Below, piece after piece: positions 24,551 to 37,300 of a stretch of 64,000 nt of DNA (its first letter is position 1; every line of letters begins with the position of its first letter). The DNA is taken from the NCBI GenBank assembly GCA_051294905.1, contig CM119371.1, positions 31,808,001-31,872,000 of the forward strand. The letters run 5' to 3'. Made by a program: the position numbers and the translations under genes. The notes below the pieces were generated by a model, which saw only the letters and a program-made list of their open reading frames with translations, was not told the origin of the DNA and did no database searches. This stretch comes from Botryllus schlosseri (Eukaryota).

Positions 24551-25004
24551 CGCCTGTCGTGTATTCTTACGGGATCTGTGGTGATTCGCCATGTGTTCTT
24601 ATGGGTGCGGTCGTGATTCGCACTTTCAGGCATCTCTCGCGTGGTGTTGAATAGTCACCAACAATAACCGCACAAACGGAAACGTGGCTTGCAAGAGGAT
24701 TAAGCAGTGCGTGCGACCTATATTTCGAATGACCTGCGCGCTGAATTGTTTCCCATGCAGCTGTGTGCTACTATCGATTATTACACTATTCCATTCAGTG
24801 TGAAATAGTTTGATCGTAAATTATTATACATGATGTCGTAGTTTAGTCGTGTCAAATGTCCGATCGTGTTCTCTTTCCTCGCTATTGATTGCTACCTGAA
24901 TAATACTTTCGGCTTATTCACACCGCTGTTTCGCACCTACAGAATAGTGTGCTGTTCACAGTCACAACAAGAATCACAAGTATACACATTTACACATTCG
25001 TTTA

Positions 25005-25436
25005 TTACTCTGAAATCAAACTCTTCACAAAAGCACGCACAATCGTATCATTCACTTTTTTATCATCGCGAAAATTATTCAAGTATTCCTCGGCTGAAAA
25101 TCCTTGTGCTCTTTTTATCAAGAATGCAATAGCATGATCTCCACACACATCTGAAGTTTTACTCTGTAACTGTTTCCCAGTCACGGAAAATTCATCCGGC
25201 TCCAGGAATTGGAATATCTGAGGCTTTAGTGGTCCGAAACCTAGTGAATCATGAAAATGAGTATCCTCATCTCTGTACACCCAGTGAGACCCAGGCAAAC
25301 TCGATTCGTCGTAATTAATGGTGATAGCGAATTTCCCGTCAGATGGTTTCTTTGGTAACTGGTCTACTAGATAAGTTCCTAGATATAGACTTTGTGTGTC
25401 AGGGTGGTTATAGAGAATATCATTGATCTCGCTTAT
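25005..25436 (-). CDS. Maverick/adenovirus-type (C5, adenain-like) cysteine protease, left-arm copy; ATG start not found
   Basis: LPGSHWV (His), HDSLG (Asp), QLQSKTSDVCG (Gln, Cys); the frame stays open upstream through YLGTY.VDQLP...INYD. Confidence 0.8.
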   Translation of the reverse strand: MSEINDILYNHPDTQSLYLGTYLVDQLPKKPSDGKFAITINYDESSLPGSHWVYRDEDTHFHDSLGFGPLKPQIFQFLEPDEFSVTGKQLQSKTSDVCGDHAIAFLIKRAQGFSAEEYLNNFRDDKKVNDTIVRAFVKSLISE

Positions 25437-28400
25437 TCAAAAAGGTGTGAAATAATTTTAAAATCCTGCGACCGCTCACAGGGTAATGCTCCAGACATAG
25501 CGATCGCTCATGATTTGGTGTTACAGACATACCGATCGCTCACAAGGTAATATTTCCGTAATTAGTTTGTCACAGAGTCGTCGCAGACGGTGATTCGTAA
25601 ACCAACAATTTGACACTTTCTGGTGGTCGCTATATGTTTTGACACTTCGGAACGTGGTCGACTTTAGTTGTATGATAACAATCATGCGAATATACAAGTA
25701 ATGTGTCAATTTGTCAACTTGAAATGAAACTCACTAAACAACTCAAGTTGATTCGTATCTTAATGTTTTAATTCGGTACAACTCTGATCCTTTTAGAAAT
25801 TCTTTTAATGCGATCTTTTGAATCGACCGTAACCTGAATATTACTGACGCCGACTTTCAGCCAGATCGAATTATTCGCACATTCCGCGTCGCTGTTTTCA
25901 CACCTATAGAATCAACACCAACTATAACTCTACAAGAATCAAGAATCACAAGTATGTGCATTATACAGTTATTGTCTTTATCAACTTGAAATCAAACTCT
26001 TAACAAAAACACGCAACTTATCATTTGTCAACTCTATCATGAAAATCCTTGAACCCGTATCATTAAGAGTGTTATAGTACGGCGTCGGAATCCACTCGCG
26101 AGATGTACTAAAGGTAAATCCAGATAATCCAAAATGAAATATTTGGACTTTGACATAGTCTGAATTGAAATAGATTGACAAACATAACTACCAACTTTCC
26201 ACGTACCATTTCGATATTATACGCACATTGATTTGAAACAAGTAATGAAACATTACAACTCTATTCACGATTCGGCTTTCCGTTTGTCAATGACAAATTT
26301 TAACATCTTACCATACTCAAAAGAATTATTCATAACATTAACCGGTGTTAAAAATATAGTTTTCACTTACTTGATTATATCACTACAACTCGCAAACTTG
26401 AATTAATTCGTCCTGGTTGTATTCATATGACCGATAATTTTTCTCCAACTGTAAAGGTCGGCCAGATCTACTACAGGTAAACTGAGATAATCCAGAATGA
26501 AATATGTGGACTTTGACATAGTCTGAATTGAAATAGATTGACAATCATGACTACCAACTTTGATCAAGTCACATTTCAAGATTATACTTTGCAACAATCC
26601 TTGAAACTGACAACTCTATTCACGACTCCGTTTCCGTTTGTAAAATAGAGTTTCAGAAATACTATCACTACGACAACTCAACATTTTAACATCTTACCAT
26701 GCACAAAAGAGTAATATACAAAAACCTTGGTAAGTCAATCCGTTTGTAGTAACTCACCAAACCAAAACAAAAAGTGTCCGTATGAAAAGTAGACAAGACT
26801 ACGCGAGTAATCACTACAACCCACAAACATACCAACTCAGTTGTATCCATATCCCATATATTTTATTCAACTGTAAGATGAAGTAATTACTACTCGGCGC
26901 GCGACTTGAGATTAACATGTGTTTTGAATATACGACATTTGAAAGTCTGACCAACGTAATTAAGAATTCATTTCTTACGATCAAACGCCGGTGTTACATT
27001 GAAAGTTATCATATTGTAAACATAAGGATTGACACAGTGATTTGACATATGACGTATATCTTGTACTACTCGACCATGACTTGATTATTAAATTATTCAC
27101 GGTAATTAGACTCGGTGTTTTGGTAAATGTTATTATGACAGCAACAAACTTTTCACTACCATGGTTATTAAAACATCAATTTGTAAAACTAGACTTACAT
27201 GTGCGAAATGTTCTTGATTGGGAAATTATTCCGGATTGGTACAAAACAATCGTTGTATTGCAGACAACAGAAAATACTTTAAAAATCCAATCGTTTATAG
27301 GACTAAAGATGAAACAACAATATCGGTATTATTACACTCAACAACCAGTACAATTATTAAAATCCGTCGTTTGCGATAACCGGCGCTAAAGATGTAATAA
27401 TTCCATTATTCATACATTGAACACCTGATACAAAATGCTTTATTATCACAATTCGTAACGAGTAATTGAAACGACTACGTGTGGAGTTAGTATATCACAA
27501 TATCGTTACTATTGAATCCAACAATTGATACGATTTATTGTCAGAATTTGTGACAGCGAATTGAAACATCCTTACCTTACGGAGTGTGAAAATATCGCCT
27601 TAGGTATCGAGTACCAGTAGAAGCGGATGAACAATACTTAATTCGTGACTCGTTGCTGTACTTGCTAAATGTAAAATATTACAAGGTTACACTCTAAGAT
27701 CTTGATCAGCACAAGAGCAATTTGGAATATCATTACTGGCTGCAACCTATTCTACTAGATAAAACTTACGGCAATAATAAAATCAAAATATGTGCTACAC
27801 TGAAATCTACAAAATGTGATTGTATTGTTGTTAGTGATCATACATTATCATATGAATATTCTAAAGTAATTATAATCATAAAAACCAAACCGCTGAAAGT
27901 CATTACCACCACAAAAACAATTTGTATGATATTCACCAAACGCATCCCGACTCAGTATACAGAAATTATTTGTAGAGTGCATACCGACAAAGAAATCACG
28001 AACACAACCAACACCGAAAATGATAAACACGTTTCGCGTTACTATTGATACAAGTTCATTTCTATCGGCGAAATAAATGCCACCACAAAACTCAGAGCAT
28101 GCAAAGGTCTTGATTGATATGCATTTCGATTTGTGTCTTATGATACCAGCAAGCATTTTAGACATATTACGAATTGTTAAACCAAAGTCGTACGTCCGAT
28201 TAATAGTTGATTGGAAACTTGTTCACGTACCTCAATCATTACAGAAAAGTATAACACCATTGTCCGACAATCTTTTACAAAAAGGATCGAAACCAAGTCA
28301 CTCAAAGTCGTTGCCGTCACATAAACAATTTGTACGACATTTGCTAAATGCGTCCTATAGTTAGGTGTACTAGAAATATTTGTAAAACACACTCCGATAA

Positions 28401-29849
28401 AGAAATCAACGAAAAGATATCCTACACCTAAACCTGGTAAAACCAGTTTGCACTTTCTGTTCATTAGTATGGTATCCATTTCCTTTCGTCAAACTAGATG
28501 TAATCATAGTCACTAAAGAACTTACTTGGACGTATGCTTGAATTCTAGACATAGTTCTGATTTGTCCGACACAAGACCCAAGAACAACCCTAGTTTCAAC
28601 CGAGCACACATATCCGAAATATCACACACTCCGCTATTCCTAAAGCGCAAACACCCGATACAAAATATTACTTGTTGTGTTGTTGCGGTATCATCTTCAC
28701 AATATCACACACAATACAAATGATGGGTATGTGTAACATGCTATCGACTTGAATCACACCAACATGGAAGAGGATTTACTCACTCTTTACATAACGATAT
28801 CGACCAACATCACGTCGGAGTGTATCGTTTTTTCTAGATACAAACTACGCTAGCGTAGCGGAAAATAATTTAGTGTAACAAAAACAATTTTCACTCTCTT
28901 GACTTATGAAAACAACAGACGAGTCTTCATTCAATATTTTGTTTGTGTCAACTAGTTACTTTGCATGATACGACTGATACCCCCGCGACTTTTTCAGATC
29001 ACAATATGAAAGATATTTACATCACACAAAATACTCAACTTGATATTCTCATACTATACTAAACTGCGGAATGGTTGGTCATGGTCAGACTCTACAAAAT
29101 GTTTTGATATCGTTTTTTACACGAATGGTCACGCATCTAAATATTCAAATAATCCAACACACAACTATAGTACTTACAGAAATATCATAGTTCTTGTAAC
29201 AAAGTTGTATGAATATACTATTCAATTGTATATTGAAGTTTTCTACCTCCAAGAAGATCTTCAAAGTTGTATGTGTACAATGTATATCGCGAGTCCTACA
29301 CATTCATGATATCCACCCGAGTTTGACTTTTAGTAAACACTATACCGACATCGCGACATCTTTAAAAATTAAAATCACGGTGACTGCTTGAGAGACCTAC
29401 CAATGATATCGCAGTAATACAGTTACTTCCACAAAAGAGTATGTATTCGACTTACTTTCCACAAATCTAACCCACAAAACAATTTACTTTGCTAACAAAA
29501 AGTGCTGAGTCATCAAGTGATTGTCCTAGCAACAAAACAGCTAAACATTTTAGTAACACTATATCCACATCATCGAGTTGTGCGAGTAGATTTACATGCG
29601 GTCTTGTGGTTTTAATCGAAGTACACAACACGGTCTAATGTAGAGCCATCTCTATTGTACAGCAACTCGGTAATCGAAATGCATTAAAATTTAAACAACG
29701 ATCTTGTTTCATCACGCGAAAAATATCTTTACTGTCGCGACACTCTGATACTCTGCACAAGATGTGTAAATCCTTTTCACACTCGTAATAGTATCCCAAT
29801 GGCTACCGGCGACAACGTTTAACAACACCAACGACACTAAACATACGAT

Positions 29850-30375
29850 ACCTACCCAAGTAAAATTTCCATTTTCCCCTGGAGGTCAGCCGTTACCTGA
29901 GTAAAAATACCATCATTCTTTGGAGATTTATCGTTTAATCAGAGTAACAAAACATTTTCACTTGGGGGTCTATCGTTTCCAAGAGTAACAAGCCCCCTTT
30001 CCTTTGGAAATATATTTTTTCCCTGGGTAACAAACCTTTTTCACTTGTAAATATATTTTTCCCTCGGGTAACAAACCTTTTTCGCTTGGAAATATATTTT
30101 TCCTTGAGCAACAAACCATTTTCACTTTGAAATATATTTTTTCCCTGAGCAACAAACCATTTTCACTTGGAAATATATTTTTCCCTGAGCAACAAACCAT
30201 TTCACTTGGCGGGTCGTCGTTTACCTGAGTAAAATATCATTTTCCTTTGGAGATCCGGCGTTTACCCATTGTAACAATACATTTTCACTTGGAAATCTGT
30301 CGTTTACCTGAGTACCGATACCGTTTTCACTTGGAAATCTATCTTTTCCCCGGGTAACAGTACCATTTTCGTTTT
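29850..30375. repeat. Degenerate 40-41 bp tandem array (TTTTCACTTGGAAATATATTTTTCCCTGAGCAACAAACCA), about a dozen units; mirror at about 32680-33200
   Basis: Directly visible; explains the repetitive FPSE ORFs. Confidence 0.9.
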
Positions 30376-33278
30376 GAAAACTGACCACCACACCGGCCAA
30401 TTTGATATTTTTGTATATTGTTACAACAGACAGTGACAAAATATACACCAACAACGACTCCGATGCATTTGTGTAATCGCATACTCACTTGTTCTGGTGC
30501 ATCCCATCAAAATCGACGGTTAGCCACACACACACACACACACACACACACAATAACAATGCGCTATTTCGATATGACTGCGATGTCCGGGTCCGTGCTT
30601 TAGATTTTCCAGAAGCAATCCGTCTAAAGTTGTAATCCCCCGACTTTGTTAACTGGTTGATACACGGATAACAATCTTCGGAAAATGTGGGAATGCATGC
30701 TACCCATCGTGCTAACGATTCCAGGTTACTTGTAAATAATTTTCTTGCTCACCCTATACAGATTATACGTACAGGGATATGTAGCGGTAATAGGTTTGGT
30801 CAATACATATCGCCCCATTCAGTATGGAATTACAAACCCAATACAGGTCAGTTCATAACCGGATCCGGATATTCAATGCAAAGCGATAAAGCAGAACCAA
30901 TGACCAAATGTAATTAAACATGTAGATTCACAACCCTTGATTTTTTTTCGTGAAAAATAACAATACATATCGAATATATTTTACGATTGTTCAACCCTAC
31001 CAAGTATTCACGTAAATGTGGTTTATGACATTACATACAATGTGTCGGTGTACAAATGTTGGGTGTTTATGCACACATCGGTACGACCTATACACAACAT
31101 CATCATACCCTCCAGAACTTCGTTATTGCATCGCGAGGTCAATAAAATCAATTTTGTATATTCAATCGGTGGCATAGACGACGGAAGGCTTGGAGATCCA
31201 ATGTAAAATTCAGACAAACAAACGGATATATTTGTCCATCTTGGTATTCACTCAACTACCATTGGTGCTCTCGATACAGCGAACGGTACAGTATGCAACG
31301 CATATCATTAGAGTGATATATCCACAGGTAAATATGGGGCCTGGTCACAATAATTGTATCGAGATTTAACCCAGATTACTATCCGTTCACTGATTCACTC
31401 GATGGTTTTAGCAACTTGTAACAACACAAGATAGACACGACTGGAATTACTAATATTCATAATGTTTATGATAAGTGTCGTTACCGATCGTGCACTAAGT
31501 CGACATAAATATTCGAAAAATCGGATATCACTACTCTCAACACCGGTGATTCGGTTTAAGTTTGAAATCGATTTGGTAATGTAATCCAAGGTATGTTTCT
31601 GTGGGATCTGCTAACCTTTACGAGAGAGTGCTGTCTCTTTGACATATGAAACAATTATTATCAACCACACCTTGTGTGCATCGATTTGTCGGCGTCGTAC
31701 AATTATTGTGGCCAGGCCCCATATTTACCTGTGGATATATCACTCTAATGATATGCGTTGCATACTGTACCGTTCGCTGTATCGAGAGCACCAATGGTAG
31801 TTGAGTGAATACCAAGATGGACAAATATATCCGTTTGTTTGTCTGAATTTTACATTGGATCTCCAAGCCTTCCGTCGTCTATGCCACCGATTGAATATAC
31901 AAAATTGATTTTATTGACCTCGCGATGCAATAACGAAGTTCTGGAGGGTATGATGATGTTGTGTATAGGTCGTACCGATGTGTGCATAAACACCCAACAT
32001 TTGTACACCGACACATTGTATGTAATGTCATAAACCACATTTACGTGAATACTTGGTAGGGTTGAACAATCGTAAAATATATTCGATATGTATTGTCATT
32101 TTTCACGAAAAAAAAATCAAGGGTTGTGAATCTACATGTTTAATTACATTTGGTCATTGGTTCTGCTTTATCGCTTTGCATTGAATATCCGGATCCGGTT
32201 ATGAACTGACCTGTATTGGGTTTGTAATTCCATACTGAATGGGGCGATATGTATTGACCAAACCTATTACCGCTACATATCCCTGTACGTATAATCTGTA
32301 TAGGGTGAGCAAGAAAATTATTTACAAGTAACCTGGAATCGTTAGCACGATGGGTAGCATGCATTCCCACATTTTCCGAAGATTGTTATCCGTGAATCAA
32401 CCAGTTAACAAAGTCGGGGGATTACAACTTTAGACGGATTGATTCTGGAAAATCTAAAGCACGGACCCGGACATCGCAGTCATATCGAAATAGCGCATTG
32501 TTATTGTGTGTGTGTGTGTGTGTGTGTGGCTAACCGTCGATTTTGATGGGATGCACCAGAACAAGTGAGTATGCGATTACACAAATGCATCGGAGTCGTT
32601 GTTGGTGTATATTTTGTCACTGTCTGTTGTAACAATATACAAAAATATCAAATTGGCCGGTGTGGTGGTCAGTTTTCAAAACGAAAATGGTACTGTTACC
32701 CGGGGAAAAGATAGATTTCCAAGTGAAAACGGTATTGGTACTCAGGTAAACGACAGATTTCCAAGTGAAAATGTATTGTTACAATGGGTAAACGCCGGAT
32801 CTCCAAAGGAAAATGATATTTTACTCAGGTAAACGACGACCCGCCAAGTGAAATGGTTTGTTGCTCAGGGAAAAATATATTTCCAAGTGAAAATGGTTTG
32901 TTGCTCAGGGAAAAAATATATTTCAAAGTGAAAATGGTTTGTTGCTCAAGGAAAAATATATTTCCAAGCGAAAAAGGTTTGTTACCCGAGGGAAAAATAT
33001 ATTTACAAGTGAAAAAGGTTTGTTACCCAGGGAAAAAATATATTTCCAAAGGAAAGGGGGCTTGTTACTCTTGGAAACGATAGACCCCCAAGTGAAAATG
33101 TTTTGTTACTCTGATTAAACGATAAATCTCCAAAGAATAATGGTATTTTTACTCAGGTAACGGCTGACCTCCAGGGGAAAATGGAAATTTTACTTGGGTA
33201 GGTATCGTATGTTTGAAGAGCTTCTTGGAAGTACAGAACTTCAATATACAATTAAATAGTATATTCATATTGAAATGA

Positions 33279-33312
33279 ACCCGAATATTTTCGGCTGACA
33301 CTCGTCAGGGGT
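33279..33312 (-). ncRNA. Minimal type I hammerhead ribozyme in the Penelope pLTR (mirror copy)
   Basis: Exact reverse complement of 34285-34318. Confidence 0.7.
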
Positions 33313-33784
33313 AATCGTCAGCAACTAGTAGAGAATTGGAAAGAACATTGTATATCAACAATCGTATCACAAAATATGACGTCACCAGCATGAAATTTCG
33401 AATGAGAGAACGTTCAATGTACTATTTTTAGGTGATACACGAACTCCTTTTGTTGACAGAGTTTTGGTTGGTGTATTTTGATAAAAGTTGATTCCAAGGC
33501 ACACAAATGGAATTGTGAACGACCTCGACCTACGATTCGAAATCGGTCGTCTCGATAATTATTCGCACAAATCGGATTATCCAACAGATGTTTGCCGATG
33601 GCAGAATTAATGGCCTTTGATCGATCAGCATCAATCTTAAGTGGATGAGTTAAGGGTGAGCTTTTCACATCGCGTGACGCACGTGTTCTGATAAATCTGG
33701 GGACATGTTGGTTTATGCGGTCCTGCAGACGTCTTGACGTTCTTCCCACGTAGCCACAATCACAGTGGCACCTATATTCGTACA

Positions 33785-34183
33785 CTACCTGCACTTCAAC
33801 AAAGTAATGTAGTGTACGAATATAGGTGCCACTGTGATTGTGGCTACGTGGGAAGAACGTCAAGACGTCTGCAGGACCGCATAAACCAACATGTCCCCAG
33901 ATTTATCAGAACACGTGCGTCACGCGATGTGAAAAGCTCACCCTTAACTCATCCACTTAAGATTGATGCTGATCGATCAAAGGCCATTAATTCTGCCATC
34001 GGCAAACATCTGTTGGATAATCCGATTTGTGCGAATAATTATCGAGACGACCGATTTCGAATCGTAGGTCGAGGTCGTTCACAATTCCATTTGTGTGCCT
34101 TGGAATCAACTTTTATCAAAATACACCAACCAAAACTCTGTCAACAAAAGGAGTTCGTGTATCACCTAAAAATAGTACATTGA
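33785..34183 (+). pseudogene. C-terminal GIY-YIG endonuclease fragment of the Penelope ORF (inverted copy at 33414-33788, minus strand)
   Basis: SNVVYEYRCHCDCGYVGRTSRRLQDRINQH...SAIGKHL...LESTFIKIHQPKLC; no RT domain present. Confidence 0.9.
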
Positions 34184-34284
34184 ACGTTCTCTCATTCGAA
34201 ATTTCATGCTGGTGACGTCATATTTTGTGATACGATTGTTGATATACAATGTTCTTTCCAATTCTCTACTAGTTGCTGACGATT

Positions 34285-34318
34285 ACCCCTGACGAGTGTC
34301 AGCCGAAAATATTCGGGT
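34285..34318 (+). ncRNA. Minimal type I hammerhead ribozyme in the Penelope pLTR
   Basis: ACCC-CUGACGA-gugucagcc-GAAA-AUAU-UC-GGGU: stem I ACCC/GGGU, palindromic stem III AAUAUU, UUC cleavage triplet. Confidence 0.72.
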
Positions 34319-37300
34319 TCATTTCAATATGAATATACTATTTAATTGTATATCGTATGTTTAGTGTCGTTGGTGTTGTTAAACGTTGTCGCCGGTAGCC
34401 ATTGGGATACTATTACGAGTGTGAAAAGGATTTACACATCTTGTGCTGAGTATCAGAGTGTCGCGACAGTAAAGATATTTTTCGCGTGATGAAACAAGAT
34501 CGTTGTTTAAATTTTAATGCATTTCGATTACCGAGTTGCTGTACAATAGAGATGGCTCTACATTAGACCGTGTTGTGTACTTCGATTAAAACCACAAGAC
34601 CGCATGTAAATCTACTCGCACAACTCGATGATGTGGATATAGTGTTACTAAAATGTTTAGCTGTTTTGTTGCTAGGACAATCACTTGATGACTCAGCACT
34701 TTTTGTTAGCAAAGTAAATTGTTTTGTGGGTTAGATTTGTGGAAAGTAAGTCGAATACATACTCTTTTGTGGAAGTAACTGTATTACTGCGATATCATTG
34801 GTAGGTCTCTCAAGCAGTCACCGTGATTTTAATTTTTAAAGATGTCGCGATGTCGGTATAGTGTTTACTAAAAGTCAAACTCGGGTGGATATCATGAATG
34901 TGTAGGACTCGCGATATACATTGTACACATACAACTTTGAAGATCTTCTTGGAGGTAGAAAACTTCAATATACAATTGAATAGTATATTCATACAACTTT
35001 GTTACAAGAACTATGATATTTCTGTAAGTACTATAGTTGTGTGTTGGATTATTTGAATATTTAGATGCGTGACCATTCGGGTAAAAAACGATATCAAAAC
35101 ATTTTGTAGAGTCTGACCAACCATTCCGCAGTTTAGTATAGTATGAGAATATCAAGTGGAGTATTTTGTGTGATGTAAATATCTTTCATATTGTGATCTG
35201 AAAAAGTCGCGGGGGTATCAGTCGTATCATGCAAAGTAACTAGTTGACACAAACAAAATATTGAATGAAGACTCGTCTGTTGTTTTCATAAGTCAAGAGA
35301 GTGAAAATTGTTTTTGTTACACTAAATTATTTTCCGCTACGCTAGCGTAGTTTGTATCTAGAAAAAACGATACACTCCGACGTGATGTTGGTCGATATCG
35401 TTATGTAAAGAGTGAGTAAATCCTCTTCCATGTTGGTGTGATTCAAGTCGATAGCATGTTACACATACCCATCATTTGTATTGTGTGTGATATTGTGAAG
35501 ATGATACCGCAACAACACAACAAGTAATATTTTGTATCGGGTGTTTGCGCTTTAGGAATAGCGGAGTGTGTGATATTTCGGATATGTGTGCTCGGTTGAA
35601 ACTAGGGTTGTTCTTGGGTCTTGTGTCGGACAAATCAGAACTATGTCTAGAATTCAAGCATACGTCCAAGTAAGTTCTTTAGTGACTATGATTACATCTA
35701 GTTTGACGAAAGGAAATGGATACCATACTAATGAACAAAAAGTGCAAACTGGTTTTACCAGGTTTAGGTGTAGGATATCTTTTCGTTGATTTCTTTATCG
35801 GAGTGTGTTTTACAAATATTTCTAGTACACCTAACTATAGGACGCATTTAGCAAATGTCGTACAAATTGTTCATGTGACGGCAACGACTTTGAGTGACTT
35901 GGTTTCGATCCTTTTTGTAAAAGATTGTCGGACAATGGTGTTATACTTTTCTGTAATGATTGAGGTACGTGAACAAGTTTCCAATCAACTATTAATCGGA
36001 CGTACGACTTTGGTTTAACAATTCGTAATATGTCTAAAATGCTTGCTGGTATCATAAGACACAAATCGAAATGCATATCAATCAAGACCTTTGCATGCTC
36101 TGAGTTTTGTGGTGGCATTTATTTCGCCGATAGAAATGAACTTGTATCAATAGTAACGCGAAACGTGTTTATCATTTTCGGTGTTGGTTGTGTTCGTGAT
36201 TTCTTTGTCGGTATGCACTCTACAAATAATTTCTGTATACTGAGTCGGGATGCGTTTGGTGAATATCATACAAATTGTTTTTGTGGTGGTAATGACTTTC
36301 AGCGGTTTGGTTTTTATGATTATAATTACTTTAGAATATTCATATGATAATGTATGATCACTAACAACAATACAATCACATTTTGTAGATTTCAGTGTAG
36401 CACATATTTTGATTTTATTATTGCCGTAAGTTTTATCTAGTAGAATAGGTTGCAGCCAGTAATGATATTCCAAATTACTCTTGTGCTGATCAAGATCTTA
36501 GAGTGTAACCTTGTAATTTTTTACATTTAGCAAGTACAGCAACGAGTCACGAATTAAGTATTGTTCATCCGCTTCTACTGGTACTCGATACCTAAAGCGA
36601 TATTTTCACACTCCGTAAGGTAAGGATGTTTCAATTCGCTGTCACAAATTCTGACAATAAATCGTATCAATTGTTGGATTCAATAGTAACGATATTGTGA
36701 TATACTAACTCCACACGTAGTCGTTTCAATTACTCGTTACGAATTGTGATAATAAAGCATTTTGTATCAGGTGTTCAATGTATGAATAATGGAATTATTA
36801 CATCTTTAGCGCCGGTTATCGCAAACGATGGATTTTAATAATTGTACTGGTTGTTGAGTGTAATAATACCGATATTGTTGTTTCATCTTTAGTCCTATAA
36901 ACGATTGGATTTTTAAAGTATTTTCTGTTGTCTGCAATACAACGATTGTTTTGTACCAATCCGGAATAATTTCCCAATCAAGAACATTTCGCACATGTAA
37001 GTCTAGTTTTACAAATTGATGTTTTAATAACCATGGTAGTGAAAAGTTTGTTGCTGTCATAATAACATTTACCAAAACACCGAGTCTAATTACCGTGAAT
37101 AATTTAATAATCAAGTCATGGTCGAGTAGTACAAGATATACGTCATATGTCAAATCACTGTGTCAATCCTTATGTTAACAATATGATAACTTTCAATGTA
37201 ACACCGGCGTTTGATCGTAAGAAATGAATTCTTAATTACGTTGGTCAGACTTTCAAATGTCGTATATTCAAAACACATGTTAATCTCAAGTCGCGCGCCG

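Larger units (their letters stand above)
33215..34350. mobile_element. Penelope-like retroelement insertion: two 5'-truncated copies joined head-to-head as a palindrome
   Basis: 12-bp TSD TATCGTATGTTT (33203-33214, 34351-34362); absent from the left arm near 29840; 20-nt loop 33789-33808. Confidence 0.92.

Noticed and set aside
29850..30375. 40-41 bp array as CRISPR or as a repeat protein
   Set aside because: No repeat-spacer alternation; the unit length is not a multiple of three, so the frames break.
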